A model generated the notes under the pieces. That model saw only the letters and a program-made list of their open reading frames with translations, ran no database searches and was not told where the DNA came from. The position numbers and the translations under genes were made by a program. Source: Geosiphon pyriformis uo1 (Eukaryota; Fungi; Glomeromycota). From it: DNA of 64,000 bases. The stretch's first letter is position 1. Each line of letters begins with the position of its first letter. Shown here piece after piece: positions 14,260 through 27,800 of the stretch. Location of the stretch: assembly GCA_016748015.1 (NCBI GenBank), contig JAAOMT010000446.1, positions 63,752 through 127,751 on the forward strand, written 5' to 3'.

Positions 14260-17200
14260 TTAACAAATGTAGTCCAAAAGCAACTTAGTATAATATATCA
14301 AACTAAGTGATTTAAACTAGGTGCTAATTATGTATTTTCTACACATGACTAGTTACTTAGACCAATCAAAGACACATTATGCTAAAGTTTTAAAAGAAAA
14401 TTTATCTAAAGAAGACATCCTTTGAACAATTTCAAACAATATAGCACTATTACTAATTAATTCAGCCAGCCATTCAGACATTTTAAAGGCATCAGTCTTT
14501 ACAACAGCAGATTCATGTTCCCAAAGTGACATTAAGTTAGAAAACATATTATTATCAACAGAAGACAAACTTAGATAAGAACCAGATATATTAATATTTT
14601 TATAGTCACATTCAGTTTTTAAAGCAACTATTTTTTGTTCCAGCTTACCAACAGTTTTGCTAAAGATACTTATGTACACTAAAACTTCATTGACTCTAAA
14701 ACTAAGAGCATTACTTAAAACTAAATTATTATTAACAAATTGTTCAAATAATTTAATCATAAAACCAATAGAGTTAATAATAAAGTTAATCAAATTGAAA
14801 AGCTTAGTCAATCCAGACTTCAGAAAAGACAACTGAAAAAAAATCACAGAATTATTAGCAAATATATTAGCAGGTAAAACCAAATCAACAGAAAGACAAA
14901 AGATTACAAGAGACACAGAAGCAGTAACATTGACATAAGATTTGTCACCAACAACACGAGAGATAAAAGTCTTAGAGATTCTAGAAGAAAAGAATAGAAA
15001 CACCTTATAATCTGAAGCCAAATAACCTAAATCTTGGTACTGAAAACAGCACCTATTTTCAGAAGTTTTTCACCAGATATAATACTTCCTCAGTATATTA
15101 ATCTTAAGCACAATAGCATCCAAATTTACCTGAAAACTGAATGTAATTAGAGCAAACTGAGAATGACAAACAGAATCAAAGGAGTAAGAAATGAAACATG
15201 TCTGACCACCAATTTGAGAAATCAAATCACTAATTTCAAAAGCAATACAGCCAAAAAGAAGGTTAACCAATTTGGTTTTAAATCTATCACAAAACAGAAT
15301 AGTCTTATTTTGATTTACCAAAGAGAGGATTCTAACACTATCTTTGTTTATTAAGACTAACTAATAATTCAAAGCAATACAGCAAAGTTTAATTTCTTAA
15401 AATAAACTACTATATATTGCCAAATACCAGCAGACTTTAGTACAATATAAGTAACCACACCAAAAACACTGAGAGCTGTCTTAATATCAATAGCAAACAC
15501 ACCTAAAGGCACATTATGCAGCACAATAACAGCAAAAGAAAAGCCAGACTCAGAAATTACCAAAGACTTGGCAATTTTAAGAGTAACAAGGTGAACAGAG
15601 CTTATAAGTTTAATTAAAAATGCAGCATCCAAAGAGTTTTGGAAAGCAAACTCCACATAAAAGATCTTTATACCATCTTTTGTAACTGACTTTGCACCCA
15701 AAAAATTATGCACAGTATTACAGATAATTATTTGGGGTCTTAAAGCAAATAACAAATCCATAATTTAATGCTCAATTAATTTAATGATGGTTAATAATAT
15801 TTGAAGGTTTTGGTTGAATTTTTTGTATAATAAACAGAGATTTGATAATGATGTTGCCATTGTTGATGAGTTGTTTTTCTAATTTCTTTTTTTAGTTTGG
15901 TGGCCAGTTTATTCTGGCATTCATGCCTTTCTGGTAAGCTATTTATTAATATATATAGAATATTACCCTTCTTTCGGGTCTTTTACCAGGCTATCCATGA
16001 CATCAATAATTCAGTGCTTAATTTTTAATCAATTAATAACCACAACAAAATAAAAAAAAGAAAATAAAAGAGATAAAAAAAAGATGAAGAAAATAAGCCA
16101 AGGCAATTTACAAGTTAGTATTCTGTTAATAGCTGTAATCAAGAGTTATTGTTCTAGTATAGTCAAGTATTGATTACTATCAACATGAAGAGTTAATAGT
16201 GGAGAGTGGGTTTAAGATAGTGAATAATTATTTATTGATATTTGTGATATAGAAGGTTGCTTAAATTAAATCTAAACTAAGAGGTCTGTCTTTTCTACTT
16301 CTAATACTACTGTTATATATATCTATTTAAGATTCTTCAATTCCTCAATTTTTCATACCAAGAATCCTAGAATTTCTGGAATCTTGTAATTCTTTTTGAA
16401 AGAAATCCTGAAATTTTGGAATCTTACAATTTCTTATATAAGAATTCTTGAATTTCATATTTACTATGATTACTTCTAATTGGCTAATTTATATCTTAAT
16501 ATACTTCCTATATTCTAAGAGTAACAACAAACTAAAAAACAGCTTTAACATAAGTCAATTTGATCTTAAAAGTAGTACCAAGCATTAGAATAGAGGCCAT
16601 TCACCCAACAAATCTTTAATAACTAGTAATAGTTTTCCAAATACCACTAACAGCAGCACTAAAAACCAAAAAAAAAGATGATTCAGTTTCCATTTGGTCA
16701 GCCCAGTTTTTAAGAACAGATAATATTACAGAAAATAATTGTTTTGCTTTTAAAATCAATGATAATCTGTTAAAAAACATCATATTTGGCAATACAACCA
16801 GTGGTTGATCTTGGTCTATTTTAGATGATGTGCCAAATGATACTATAGAAATCTTACCTAAGTTCTCATTAAAAACTACAAAAAAATTCGGTGTAACAAT
16901 AGCAAAGGCAAGCAACTGCCCTCACTTTTTTGAACTTTTGGTTTTTTTGATCATTTTTTTAAAGAGGTGGTGCTAGCAGCACTAGATGTTGAAGCTATAA
17001 AAGGGAAGACCAGTTTGTTTACTAGTCTATTATTAAAAACTTTTGGGCTCTTAGTTAGGGTAAAAGCAATATTAAAACTAACCCAAATGTGTTTTTTGAA
17101 GGAACTTTAATTGGTAAAAAACCAGCCAAAGAAGAGAAAGTTGCTTTAGTAGCTACTAAAAACAGCTTTTCACAATTACTAAATAAAGAGAAGGCTTCTA

Positions 17201-17340
17201 AAATGTTCTGCCTAATTGTTTCTACAATAAAAAGAGCTCCTTTGGTTGAAATTTTATTAGATATCCCAAAAAAAATATTAGGCACAGCTTTTTTACTTTT
17301 TGTTCTGATTGTGATCATAAATTAAGTAGACAAAGAGTAA
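14260..17340 (-). mobile_element. Near full-length ORF1-only (gag-like) non-LTR retroposon, interrupted by a solo LTR
   Basis: Broken ORF1 from 17318 to the stop at 14377, with RRM-like segments and a decayed CX2CX4HX4C knuckle (CFQYQDLGYLASDY). The stop is followed immediately by the LINE 3' tail. (TA)n lies on both flanks. Confidence 0.8.
15716..16526. mobile_element. Solo LTR (~810 bp) with 4-bp TSD
   Basis: Termini T(A)TTAC...GTAACA and flanks ACAG/ACAA. Removing it rejoins ORF1 (KAVF*(S)V|HNFLGAKS). A homologous copy starts at 19690. Confidence 0.75.
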
Positions 17341-18124
17341 TATTTTTAAATTATATATATATATATTAAATATAGTTTTATTAAGAATTAATTTAATTTT
17401 AAAAATAGTATTAAACACCAAAATAGAGATTATTATTTTGTAAATCTTTAATAATTAATAATTGTTTTTTAAATATTATTAAAGACAATACCAAAAAACA
17501 AAAAATTAATTTAGTTTTTATTTTATTATTTTAATTTTTAAAATTAAGTAATTTAATAGATTAATTAATTAAAAACACATTTAAAAACATGTTTTGTTTT
17601 ACTTTTAAAATTAATTAAAAAACATTATATTTAATAATACAATTAGTAATTAATTATAATTTATTATAAAAAACATATTATTATTATTAGTTGTTTATAT
17701 TAAAAAAAAATTAAATTTTAATAAAAATTTTATTTAAAATTACAAAAAATTTGGTATAATAATAACAAAAAGTATAATTGTTATTGTTTTTTGGATTTTT
17801 TGGATTTTTTAATTATTTATAAAATAATAATAATAACAAAAAAACCAGTTTATTAATTAGTTTATTATTAAATACTTTAAAGTTTTTAAAAAAATAAAAA
17901 CAATATTAAAACTAATTTAAATATATTTTTTGAAAAAAATTTTGATTAAAAAAAACCATTAACCAAAAAAAAATACTTCAAAAATTATTAAAAACAGTTT
18001 TATATTATTAATATTTAAAAAAAATATTATTAGTTAATTTTTAATTATATTGCTTAATATATTGGTTTTTAATTAATTATTACTAATTATAAAACAAAAC
18101 AAATTATATATATTTTTTTATTAT

Positions 18125-19240
18125 TAACATTTAACAAGTGAGGCCCAAATATTATCTAACACAATACATCAAACTAAATGATCTAAACTAGGCATAAATT
18201 ATGCATTTTCTACACATAACCAGCCATTCGGACTAATCAAAACAACACTATGAATCTATTATAACAGACACTATACTACCAATACCAGAAAAAAAACAGT
18301 AAGATTTATGAAAACCAAAACAGACACCAAGTGTCTCAGCAACCCCAAGCAACCTAACTACTCCAGCCAAGAGCAAAAATGACAGACCTCAGGTTACAGG
18401 AAAAACAGAACCATTATGTGAAACTAAACTACTTTTCTCCATAAAAGCCCTATATTTGGCCCTAATCAACCATATGTTAGCACAGTAAGCAGCACCAATA
18501 TTCTGAACAAAGTCAATAATAACACTTTCTGCAAACTTAGCATCATTCAAAACAAATGCAGCTTTCAGATACCAATTCCTAAACAAGAAGTTTTTGCTCA
18601 AAGTGGCATACAGCACATCATCAAAAGCACACAAAAAAAGCACCTGTGAGATCTGAAACAAAAGAAAATCCAAACCAGATATGGCATACTACTTAGCCAG
18701 ATGGAAAGCAAGCAAATCTTTATGAACTCTAAAGTCAAATACATACACAAAAGAGTGATCAAAGCTCTTCACCTCTCTACAATGAAGACATAAAACACTC
18801 GGATAATTCCTATCATACAAGTATTTATGCACAGCAACTGACAAACAGTGGTGCAAAGCCTTTAAAAAATATGAGCACAGACTAGCAGTAGATTTGTTGG
18901 TAAATCCAGCTGCCATGTACGAGTCGGAGTGCCAGACTAAAGCAGTACAAATCCAATCTATATTACTAATCATATCTTTGTTAATAACAGTAGAACCAAG
19001 TCCAACCTTTCAATAAACATGATTTACAGTCCTAAAAACATCCCAAGCAAAATGCTGAATATTACCAGATACTGCTATCCTACCAGTCTTAATAAATATT
19101 TCCTTAATTAAAACAGAAAGCACCAAATTTGAACTTGTAACTGAATTGGCCAACTTATCAGCATGTTTGTTACTTAAAACATCTGAATGTTCTTTAATCT
19201 TATGCCAAAAAACACCAAGTTTTTTTTCTTTAATCAGATT
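18125..19240 (-). mobile_element. 5'-truncated LINE: ORF2 C-terminus (RNase H end, zf-RVT-like Cys/His motif) plus 3' tail
   Basis: FWHKIKEHSDVLSNKHADKLA matches the RNase H WxKVKGHSG..GNE.AD.LA motif. LCLHCREVKSFDHSF, IWLIRAKYRAFMEK, stop at ~18248, then the conserved tail. Confidence 0.85.
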
Positions 19241-19299
19241 TATAACAAAATTATATTTTTGTAATTTTATTTAAGTAATTTATTAAATTATTTATTATT

Positions 19300-21340
19300 A
19301 AAAATTAAAATAATTAAAATTCTTTTTTTTCTGTTTTTTAATAATAATATTTTTAATAATATTTAAAAAAACTGTAATTTTCTAAATAACTAGTTTTTAC
19401 TTTATTATTTAGTATTTTTTAAGATTAAATTAGTTTATATTTAAATTGTTTTTAGTTTATATATAATTTTATTAATGTAAAATTAACTTTTAAAAATAAT
19501 ATTAAATTATTATATATAAAATTTATTTTAAATTTCTTTAATATTACTATTTATTTTTTGCTATTTTATAAATTGTTAAATTTTTTATAATATTTATTGT
19601 TATTTTTGATTTTACTGTTATTGTTTTGTATAATATTTTTTTAAAATTATTATTTTTTAATTAAAAAAAATTATTGTCTTTTATAATATTGTTATAAGTA
19701 ATTATTTAAGATGTTAAAATAAATAACAAACTTATAATTTAGTACTTAATAATTATTAATGATGATAATTTTTAAAGGTTTAGTGATCTAAAAATTTTGG
19801 TTGAGTTCTTTATATAATAGACAGAGATTTAATTGATGATTTTTTTTGTGAATTTTTTTTTAGTGTGATAGCTAATTTAATCTGGCAATTATGTTTTTCT
19901 GATAAGCTATTTTTAAGTTTTCTATTCTTGTTGCACAGGTTTTTTACTAGACTATTCTTAATATTAATTACTCAATGCTTAATTTTTTTAATTAATTAGT
20001 AAACAACAAATAAAAAATAAAAAAAAATAAAAAATTAGTATTTTATTAATAGCTATAATTAAAAACTATTGGTTAAGTATTGAATTTTATCAACATAAAT
20101 TGTTAATAATACAGAAATAATTAATATTTCTTTAATCAAACAATAATAATATAAATTAGAAAATAATAAATATTTTATTAATATAGATATAATTTCATTT
20201 CAAGTTATAAAAAACTATTTTTTAAAAGGAGAAATATTTGATAATTACTTATTTTTAACTTTTGTTCTGTTTTTTCTACTTTTAATATTCTTACTATATA
20301 TATATAATTTGTGTTATATAAGATTTTACACATTTCTACTTTTTTTCTATATTACTTTCTGAAAATATGCTTATTTTTGAAAATATGTTATGATTTTTTG
20401 GAAATATGCTTATTTTTTAAGAATATATACATTTTTGAAAATATGTTTATTTATTGAGTACTATTCTTTTATTGGTTTATTTTATAATTTGTTTTTCTTA
20501 TCTTTTTTTTATAAATAAAAATGTGTTTAAATTAAGCTGATTAATTTTTTTTGGTTGTATTACTTTTGAAATCAGTAAATTAGTTTTTTAAATTTATAAT
20601 TATATTTGTTTTAATTTTTAGTTTTTTATTTTTTTAACAATTAAGATATATAATTATCATATTTAGTTTATAAATTAATTTAAATATTATTGTTAATAAA
20701 ATTAATATATTAAAAAATAATAATATTTAGTTAAAAAAATTTTTATTGTTAATATTGTTTTAAGTATTAAGATCAAGATTTTTAATTACAAAATATATTT
20801 TTTTTTTAAGTTTTTATTAAAATTTGTAATTGGTTTTAAAAATTTAAAATCTTGTTTTATTAATATAAAATTTATGTTAAGATTATTACTTTTTTGGTTT
20901 TTTTTTATTATAATTATTAATTTTGTGGTTTGTTGTAAATTGGCTTTTTTGGAATTTAAATTAATTAAATAGAATTTATTAATTGAATTTGTTGTTAAAC
21001 TTTGATTTTTTTGCTTATAAAATTGTTTAATATTAAAAATTAAAATAAAAAAAAAGATTTTAATAATTGAAAAAAATATTGGTATTTTTAATAAATTAAA
21101 CAAAATAATAATACTTTAAAAGCTTTAAATTTTAATATTAAATCTAATATAAATAATACTACTGCTTAATTAACTGGTTTTAATTTTTGGTATTAATAGT
21201 TTAATTATAATTATATATAAAATAGCTGTTTTAAATAAGTTTATTTTTGTAAATTTAACTTAATTTAATTTTAATTAGTTTTAATAACTAGTTACATATA
21301 AAAATATATAAATTATATTTAATTTAGAAATTTTATAATT
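19300..21340 (+). mobile_element. Decayed ORF1-only retroposon copy carrying a solo LTR
   Basis: Homology to ORF1 on either side of the LTR. ORF1 end plus degenerate tail at ~21210-21330. Confidence 0.55.
19690..20505. mobile_element. Second solo LTR of the same family as 15716-16526
   Basis: Starts TGTTATAAG and is collinear with the first LTR (e.g. TGGTTGAG/AATT..ACAGAGATTT, CTGGCA..TAAGCTAT). Right end approximate. Confidence 0.65.
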
Positions 21341-22210
21341 ATATTATAATAAATAATAATTGATTTTTTTTTATTGCTTTTATTATATTTAATTAAAATA
21401 TAAATATAAATTTTTACATATTAAAAATATTTAAAATAAAATATATATAATTTTTAGTAATTTTTAAAGATCAATACAATTATTAATATTTTAAATTAAA
21501 CCCAATTTTAATTTTTAAAACTATAAGTAAATAAACAGTTATTGTTTTTATAATAATCAAAAATATCATAACTTATGAATAAGTTTTTAATTATAAAACT
21601 ATTTTTTATTAGAATTTTAAATTTAAAATAGGATCTATTATTTTAAAAGCAATTTTTATTATAGTTTTTTTAATTAAAATTTTTTAAATAATGATAATAA
21701 TAAACTTTATTGTTTTTTTAATTGTTTTTATTATTACACAAAACACCAAAATAGCCAAAAAAAATTATTACTATTATAAAAAAAATTTTAAAATTTCAAA
21801 AAAGTATTATAATCAAAATTTTTTAATAAAATTTAATATAAATTTTTAGTTTTTTGTAATTTATATAATTTAATATTTTACTGTTAAGAATAATCAATTT
21901 TTGTGCAAAATAACTAAATAATTATTAATTAATAATAATAATTATTGTATAGATATTATTTATAGAATTTTTTTGTTGTATATAAATAATACAGACTTAT
22001 TTTTTCGATTTAAAATTTAAATATTTAAGTAATTATTTTTTTATATTTAACAGTAAAAGATTTTAAATAAATAATTTATATTTTTAAAAATTGTAATCAG
22101 TTTAATATTTAATTCAAAAAATAAAATAAAATGTGTTTTTTAATATTATATTGGTAATTTTGTTATTTTTAAATTATTTAATCTTAGTTTAAATAGAAAT
22201 TTAAAATTTA

Positions 22211-22806
22211 ACGCATTTAACGAGTATAGCCCAATCACTATCTAATACATAGAACCAAACTAAGAGGCTCAAACTAAATGCGACTCACACACTTTCTACA
22301 TGTGGCTAGCCACTCAGGCCAGACAAGGCAACACTACACATCTATAACTACCCACACACTGCCACCCAGACCAGAAAAGAAACAAAAAGGCTTCCGACGA
22401 CCAGAGCTAACAGCAAAGAAATTGGCCAAACCAAGCAATCTCACAACACCGTCAGACAAAACCGAAGACACACCACAAGGAAGCCCAGAAACAACACCAA
22501 CATCACAGACTAGACCAGCTTTCTCCATCACCACCCGGTGGCTGGCTCTAGCCAACCATACCTTAGCACGATGTAAACCAACAACGAACCTGACATAATC
22601 AACAATCCTAGCAGTGGCCACCTTTTTATCCTCAAAAACATCACAAGCCTCCTTATATCACTCTTCCAGCACAAACCCTTTGCACAACAAAGTGTACAGC
22701 CCAACATCAATAAAACATTGAGACAAAACCTACAACACAGCAGAAGCAGAGGAACCACTAGCCAAAGCTGACCAACGAGCAGAAGCCTCCGCCAAAATCT
22801 TACCAC
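22211..22806 (-). mobile_element. Young 5'-truncated LINE 3' fragment with 13-bp TSD
   Basis: ORF2 C-terminus (VWLARASHRVVMEKAG...FFSGLGGSVWVVIDV*) plus 3' tail. AATTTAAAATTTA at 22198-22210 and 22807-22819. Retains CpGs. Confidence 0.88.
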
Positions 22807-23869
22807 AATTTAAAATTTATTTACCGGAAATTAATTTTTAATTAATATTAATTTTAGATTTTAAGAATTGTTAAAATTTAAAATTTAAAATTTAATTAAA
22901 AAAAATAAACTTTTTTAAAATTATTTAAACAATATAAAAAATATAATTAAATTTATTAAAAAACCAAAATTTTCAACAATAAACTTTATTATAATAAACA
23001 AATTTTTATTAAAAAAAAAAAATTTTTAAAACATTTTTCTTTCTTATTTTTATGATTATAATTAAAACAAAAAGTAAAAAAGCTATACTTTTTTATTTTT
23101 ATTATTATTTAAAGCAACTAGTAGTTTTTTACTAATAAATAATTAGTAATTATAAAAACAGTTTAATAATGTTCTATAATAGTTTTTTTAAATAATATAA
23201 TAATTAAACAGTTTTTTATTGTTTTAAAAATCTTTTTTTATCTTTAATTAAAAGTTTTTTTTTTAAAATAGCTTATTTAGAATAATTTTAATGTGATTTT
23301 TGTTTTTTTTAAAAGTTTTAAAATTTTTAATAAAAAGCCAATAATTAAATTATTTTTTTTTACTGTTCAAATATTTAAAAAGCCAAAATAGCCAAAAAAC
23401 AACTTTTTTAATTATCTGCTATATTTAATAACAACTTTTTTAATATGTTAAAAAGTTTTTTTTTGGTATTTTTAATAATTCTATTGTTTTAAAGTTTGCT
23501 TTTCTCTTATAAAAAATAAAACTTTAATATTTTTTGTCTTTTTTGTCTTTTTTATTAGTTTTATATTATTAATACTGTTTTATTATAACTATAAATGAAA
23601 AAAATTTTCTGTTTTAAACAATAATAATAAAAATATATTAATCTTTTTTGGTCTAAATTTAATTTTTGGCTTTATTTTTTGATATATTAATTTTTAACCA
23701 ATTTTTACTGGTTTTAAAAGCAAAATAAATCATATTTTTAAACATATTTTTAAATAATTAATTTATTAAGTTACATAATCTTAATAATTAAATTAATTAA
23801 ATAAAAACTAAATTAATTATTTTTTTTTGTTTTTTAATATTATTTTTAATAGTATTTAAAAAACTATTA

Positions 23870-24800
23870 TTAATTATTAAAAATTTGATAAGTAAGTAAT
23901 AGCTACTTTGATATTTGGTGTTTTTTTAAGATTAAATTAGTTTTTATTAAGACTGTATTTTAATTTATATATAAATTTATTAATATTAAATTTGTATTTA
24001 AAAATAATAAAAAGTTTTTTTGTATAAAATTTGCTTTACAAGTTTTTTTAAAGTTTGATAATATTTAATAATATACTGTTATGTATTTTAAATTTTTAAA
24101 TATAATTGTAATTGTTTTAATATGTTAATTAATTTTGGTAAATAAAAATAATATTAAAAATTTTTTTTTATAAATTAAAAAAAAACTATTTTGTTTTATA
24201 ATATATTTAAGACCAATATAATTAATTTTTTTTTGGCTGTTTAGTTTTTAAAATTAATAAGCTGATTTTTTAAGTTAATAATTATATTTGTTTTATTTTT
24301 TATTTTTTTAATTCTGTTAAATAACTTTAATATATTATTATTATTTTTAAGTCTAAAAAAAATTTAGATACAGTTATTATTAAAATTAATATTTTAAAAA
24401 AATAGTAGATTTGGTAAAAAACTTTTAAATATTAATAGTAATTTAAATATTAAGATTTTGGCTATTTGACTTTAGATTATAAAATATTACTACTTTTTTT
24501 TAAATTTGTTGTTAATTTTAAGTTTTTTGTTTTTTTTATGTTAATATAAAGTTATATATTAATACATTTATTTTTTTGGTTTTTTTTTAATACTTTTTTG
24601 GCTATTCTTATTGTTAATTTTATAAATGAATCTAAATTAAATTTTTTGGAATCTTAAATCTTTAATTTAATTGTTTTAATTAAATTTGTTATTATATTAA
24701 TTGGTTTTTTAATTATTATAGTTACTAATTTGTTAAATATTTTTTTGCTTTGTATATAAAACTTAAAGATATAATTAGTATTATTTAAAATAAAGTATTT
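23870..24800 (+). mobile_element. Decayed ORF1 (gag-like) fragment
   Basis: 24170-24430 aligns with the reverse complement of 15060-15320. Confidence 0.55.
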
Positions 24801-27800
24801 TTTTATTGTAGTTTTATATAAAATATTTTTTAAAATAGGTTTTTTTTTAAATTCAATATAACTTAATATAAATTTTATAAAATACTAATTTTAATAATAG
24901 TATTATTAAGTGTTTTTTTGAATTAAAAAATAATAATAATAAATTTTAATTATTAGAATTGACCAACAAATAAAACAGTTTTAGTGATTTTAAAAAATTT
25001 TTAAATATTTAATAACATATTATTACAAATTAATAAACTTTAATTTAATATTAAAGATTTTATTAAAAACAAAAAAAAATTTAATTATATTATAAAAAAA
25101 TTAAAAAAAAAAACTTTAAAAGATTTTACGATTTTAAAATTAATAAAAAAATTTTAATTTTGACAGTAGTTTTTAAAAAACTTAAAAGACAAATTTTATA
25201 AAAAAAATTTAATATTGTTCTTAATAATCAATTTTAAATTAATAAATTTATATAGAAATTAAGATATAATTTTTAATATAAGCCAATTTAATTTTCATAG
25301 TTTTATTAAACATAAAATAAAAATTATTTACTTTAATAATAAATAATTATTCTTTTGATATTATTAAAATTAATAGTGTTTTTAAAAAACAAAAAAAATA
25401 CTTTAATTTTTATTTATTAATCTGAATTTTTAAGATTAAATAACTTAACGAGTTAATTAGTTGAAAATATATGTGAAAACATAATATATTTAGTTTTAAA
25501 ATTAATAAAAATTTAAAATATTAAAAAACATAACTATATACAAATTCAAACCAGGTTTAATAATATACTTCTATTATTATTTTTTAAAAAAAAGATTATT
25601 GTTTACAATCAAGTTAAATTAAATATTATAGTATAATAATAATAATAAAACTGGTAAAAAAACCAAAATTTTATTTTATAAGAAAAAAACAAACTTTAAA
25701 TTAAAAATAATGAAAATATAGTTTGTATAATAATTTACAGATCAAAAAAAATTTAACAAGATAAATAGAATTTGCAATATTGTTTTAGTTATTTGAATTT
25801 AAATAGTTTTAAAAAAAACAGCTAAAATATATAATTAATATATTATATATTATATATATTACTATAAAATTTTATTATAATAAAATTTATAAAATAATTA
25901 ATTAATATAGTTTTAATTAGTTTAAATAATTTATCATACATAAACTGTTTTTATTGTGTATTATTTTTTATTATGTATATAAATTGTAGTTAAATTAGAT
26001 TTATTAATATTTAATAAATTAAATTAATAATGAAAATAAATAATAAATTATAAAAAATCAAAATAGTTTTTGAATGTTTTTAAGATTTAGTTTTTAATTT
26101 AAATATAAACAATAATAATATTTTGATTTAAATATTATCAAAAATAATATATTTATTAAAATAAATATATATTTTTAATTAATTATTAATACCAAAAATA
26201 ATATTAAAATTTTTTGTATCATTTTTTGTATTTTAAAATTATTATTAAAATTAGACTTATTAAAATTTTTATTATTATTTTTAAGATTATAAATTTTGTA
26301 GTTTTGTTATTATTTTTAAAACCAAATTAATAAATTTTTGTTTGTTTATATATAGTTTATAAAAAATAAAATAATACATAATCAGACATATTTTATTTTT
26401 TGGTTATTTATTTAATAATAATAAGATATTATTGTTGTTTTTAAATTTAAAAAAAAAAGCTATATTTAATAAAATTCTTAATTTAATTTATTAATTCTTT
26501 GATAATTTAAATAATTTTTTATTAATTATTAAGAATAAGTTTGTTATAGTAATAAAAATTAAAATTAAAATTTTGATAAAATAATTGCTAATATGATTAA
26601 AAGTTTTATCAAATTTAAAAAAAGTAAAAATATATTTAATAAACAATAAAAAAATAAATTTTGTGTTAAATTTTTTTAAGCAAAAAACATTTAAAAATTT
26701 AATAATCTTGTAAAATTTGCAAAAATTTAGTACTAAGTTTAGCAAAAAATCTATTAAAAAATATTCACAACTAAAATTATATTTTATTAATTAAAATATT
26801 AGTTTAATATTAAATAAATATTATTTTATTCAATTTTTATATTAAAATTTTTATTTAATTTAATATTCTAAGTTAAGTTTTTTAATAATAATATTATAAA
26901 TAGCAAAAAATAATAATATAATACCATAAATTAAAAGCTTTAATTTAATTTCAAAATTATTAAAAATTATTTTAATTTGAATTTGTAAATTCATTTAAAA
27001 AATTTCACATTATTAATATAACCAAAAAATAAGAGTATTATTTTAAAGTTATTAAAAATAAAATTGTATATAATATTAGTAATATTAATTAAATAATTGA
27101 TTTTTTGTTTCTTTTTTTTAAATATCAAATATTTTAACACTACATATAAATACTAATCTATTGTATTTTAAATTAAAAAAAATAGTAAATTATATTTTCT
27201 TTACTTAAATACAACTTTTTAATTTTTGTTTTTTGGAATTTGACAACTTTTCTTAACAACACATTTTTCTATTTAAACAAATGATGGTTTAATTTATTAC
27301 AAGAAACTAAATAGTAGTTTTGTCTTTGTTGTTTTGAGTAGAATAAAATATGATTATAAAAATAATTTTTTATATCTCAAAATCAAATGTAAAAATCGTT
27401 TTATTAGTGAAGATTTTATTTAAATAGCTTCAGTTTAAGTAAAGAATTGTTTACCCATAATTTGAGAGTTGAGAATACATTGTTTTTATTTTCGTTATTA
27501 GGGAAAACATGACGTTCAGAATTTCTGTTCTCATCTTTGGTAAAAAATTCTAGGGAATCTTTCAATCTTGTAAATATTTTTTTCAAGAGAATATGATTTG
27601 CCACATTCTCCTAAAAAAATTATTTGACACTTGTTTTGAGTGAAATTATCCACAAATATTTTGTATTACATTTCTCCAATTTTTACATATAGATATTTTT
27701 TTGTTGCGTGATTACACAAATTGAAGATAGGTCCCCAGATCCTTCACAAAAAGATTAGCAGTTTTCAAACTCCAAAATGCTGAGTTAAAGAAAAACTTTG

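Larger units (their letters stand above)
12560..27250. mobile_element. Nested, hypermutated transposon graveyard (LINE pieces, ORF1-only elements, solo LTRs, unclassified repeats)
   Basis: Very low GC with islands of recognisable LINE ORF1/ORF2 sequence and multiple internal homologies. Confidence 0.85.

Noticed and set aside
16330-16455. Regularly spaced repeats, superficially CRISPR-like
   Set aside because: Degenerate tandem units without unique spacers, inside an LTR, in eukaryotic DNA with no cas genes.
20786-21103. K/I/N/F-rich ORFs (also 26491-26745 and 2328-2516)
   Set aside because: Chance frames in AT-rich DNA.
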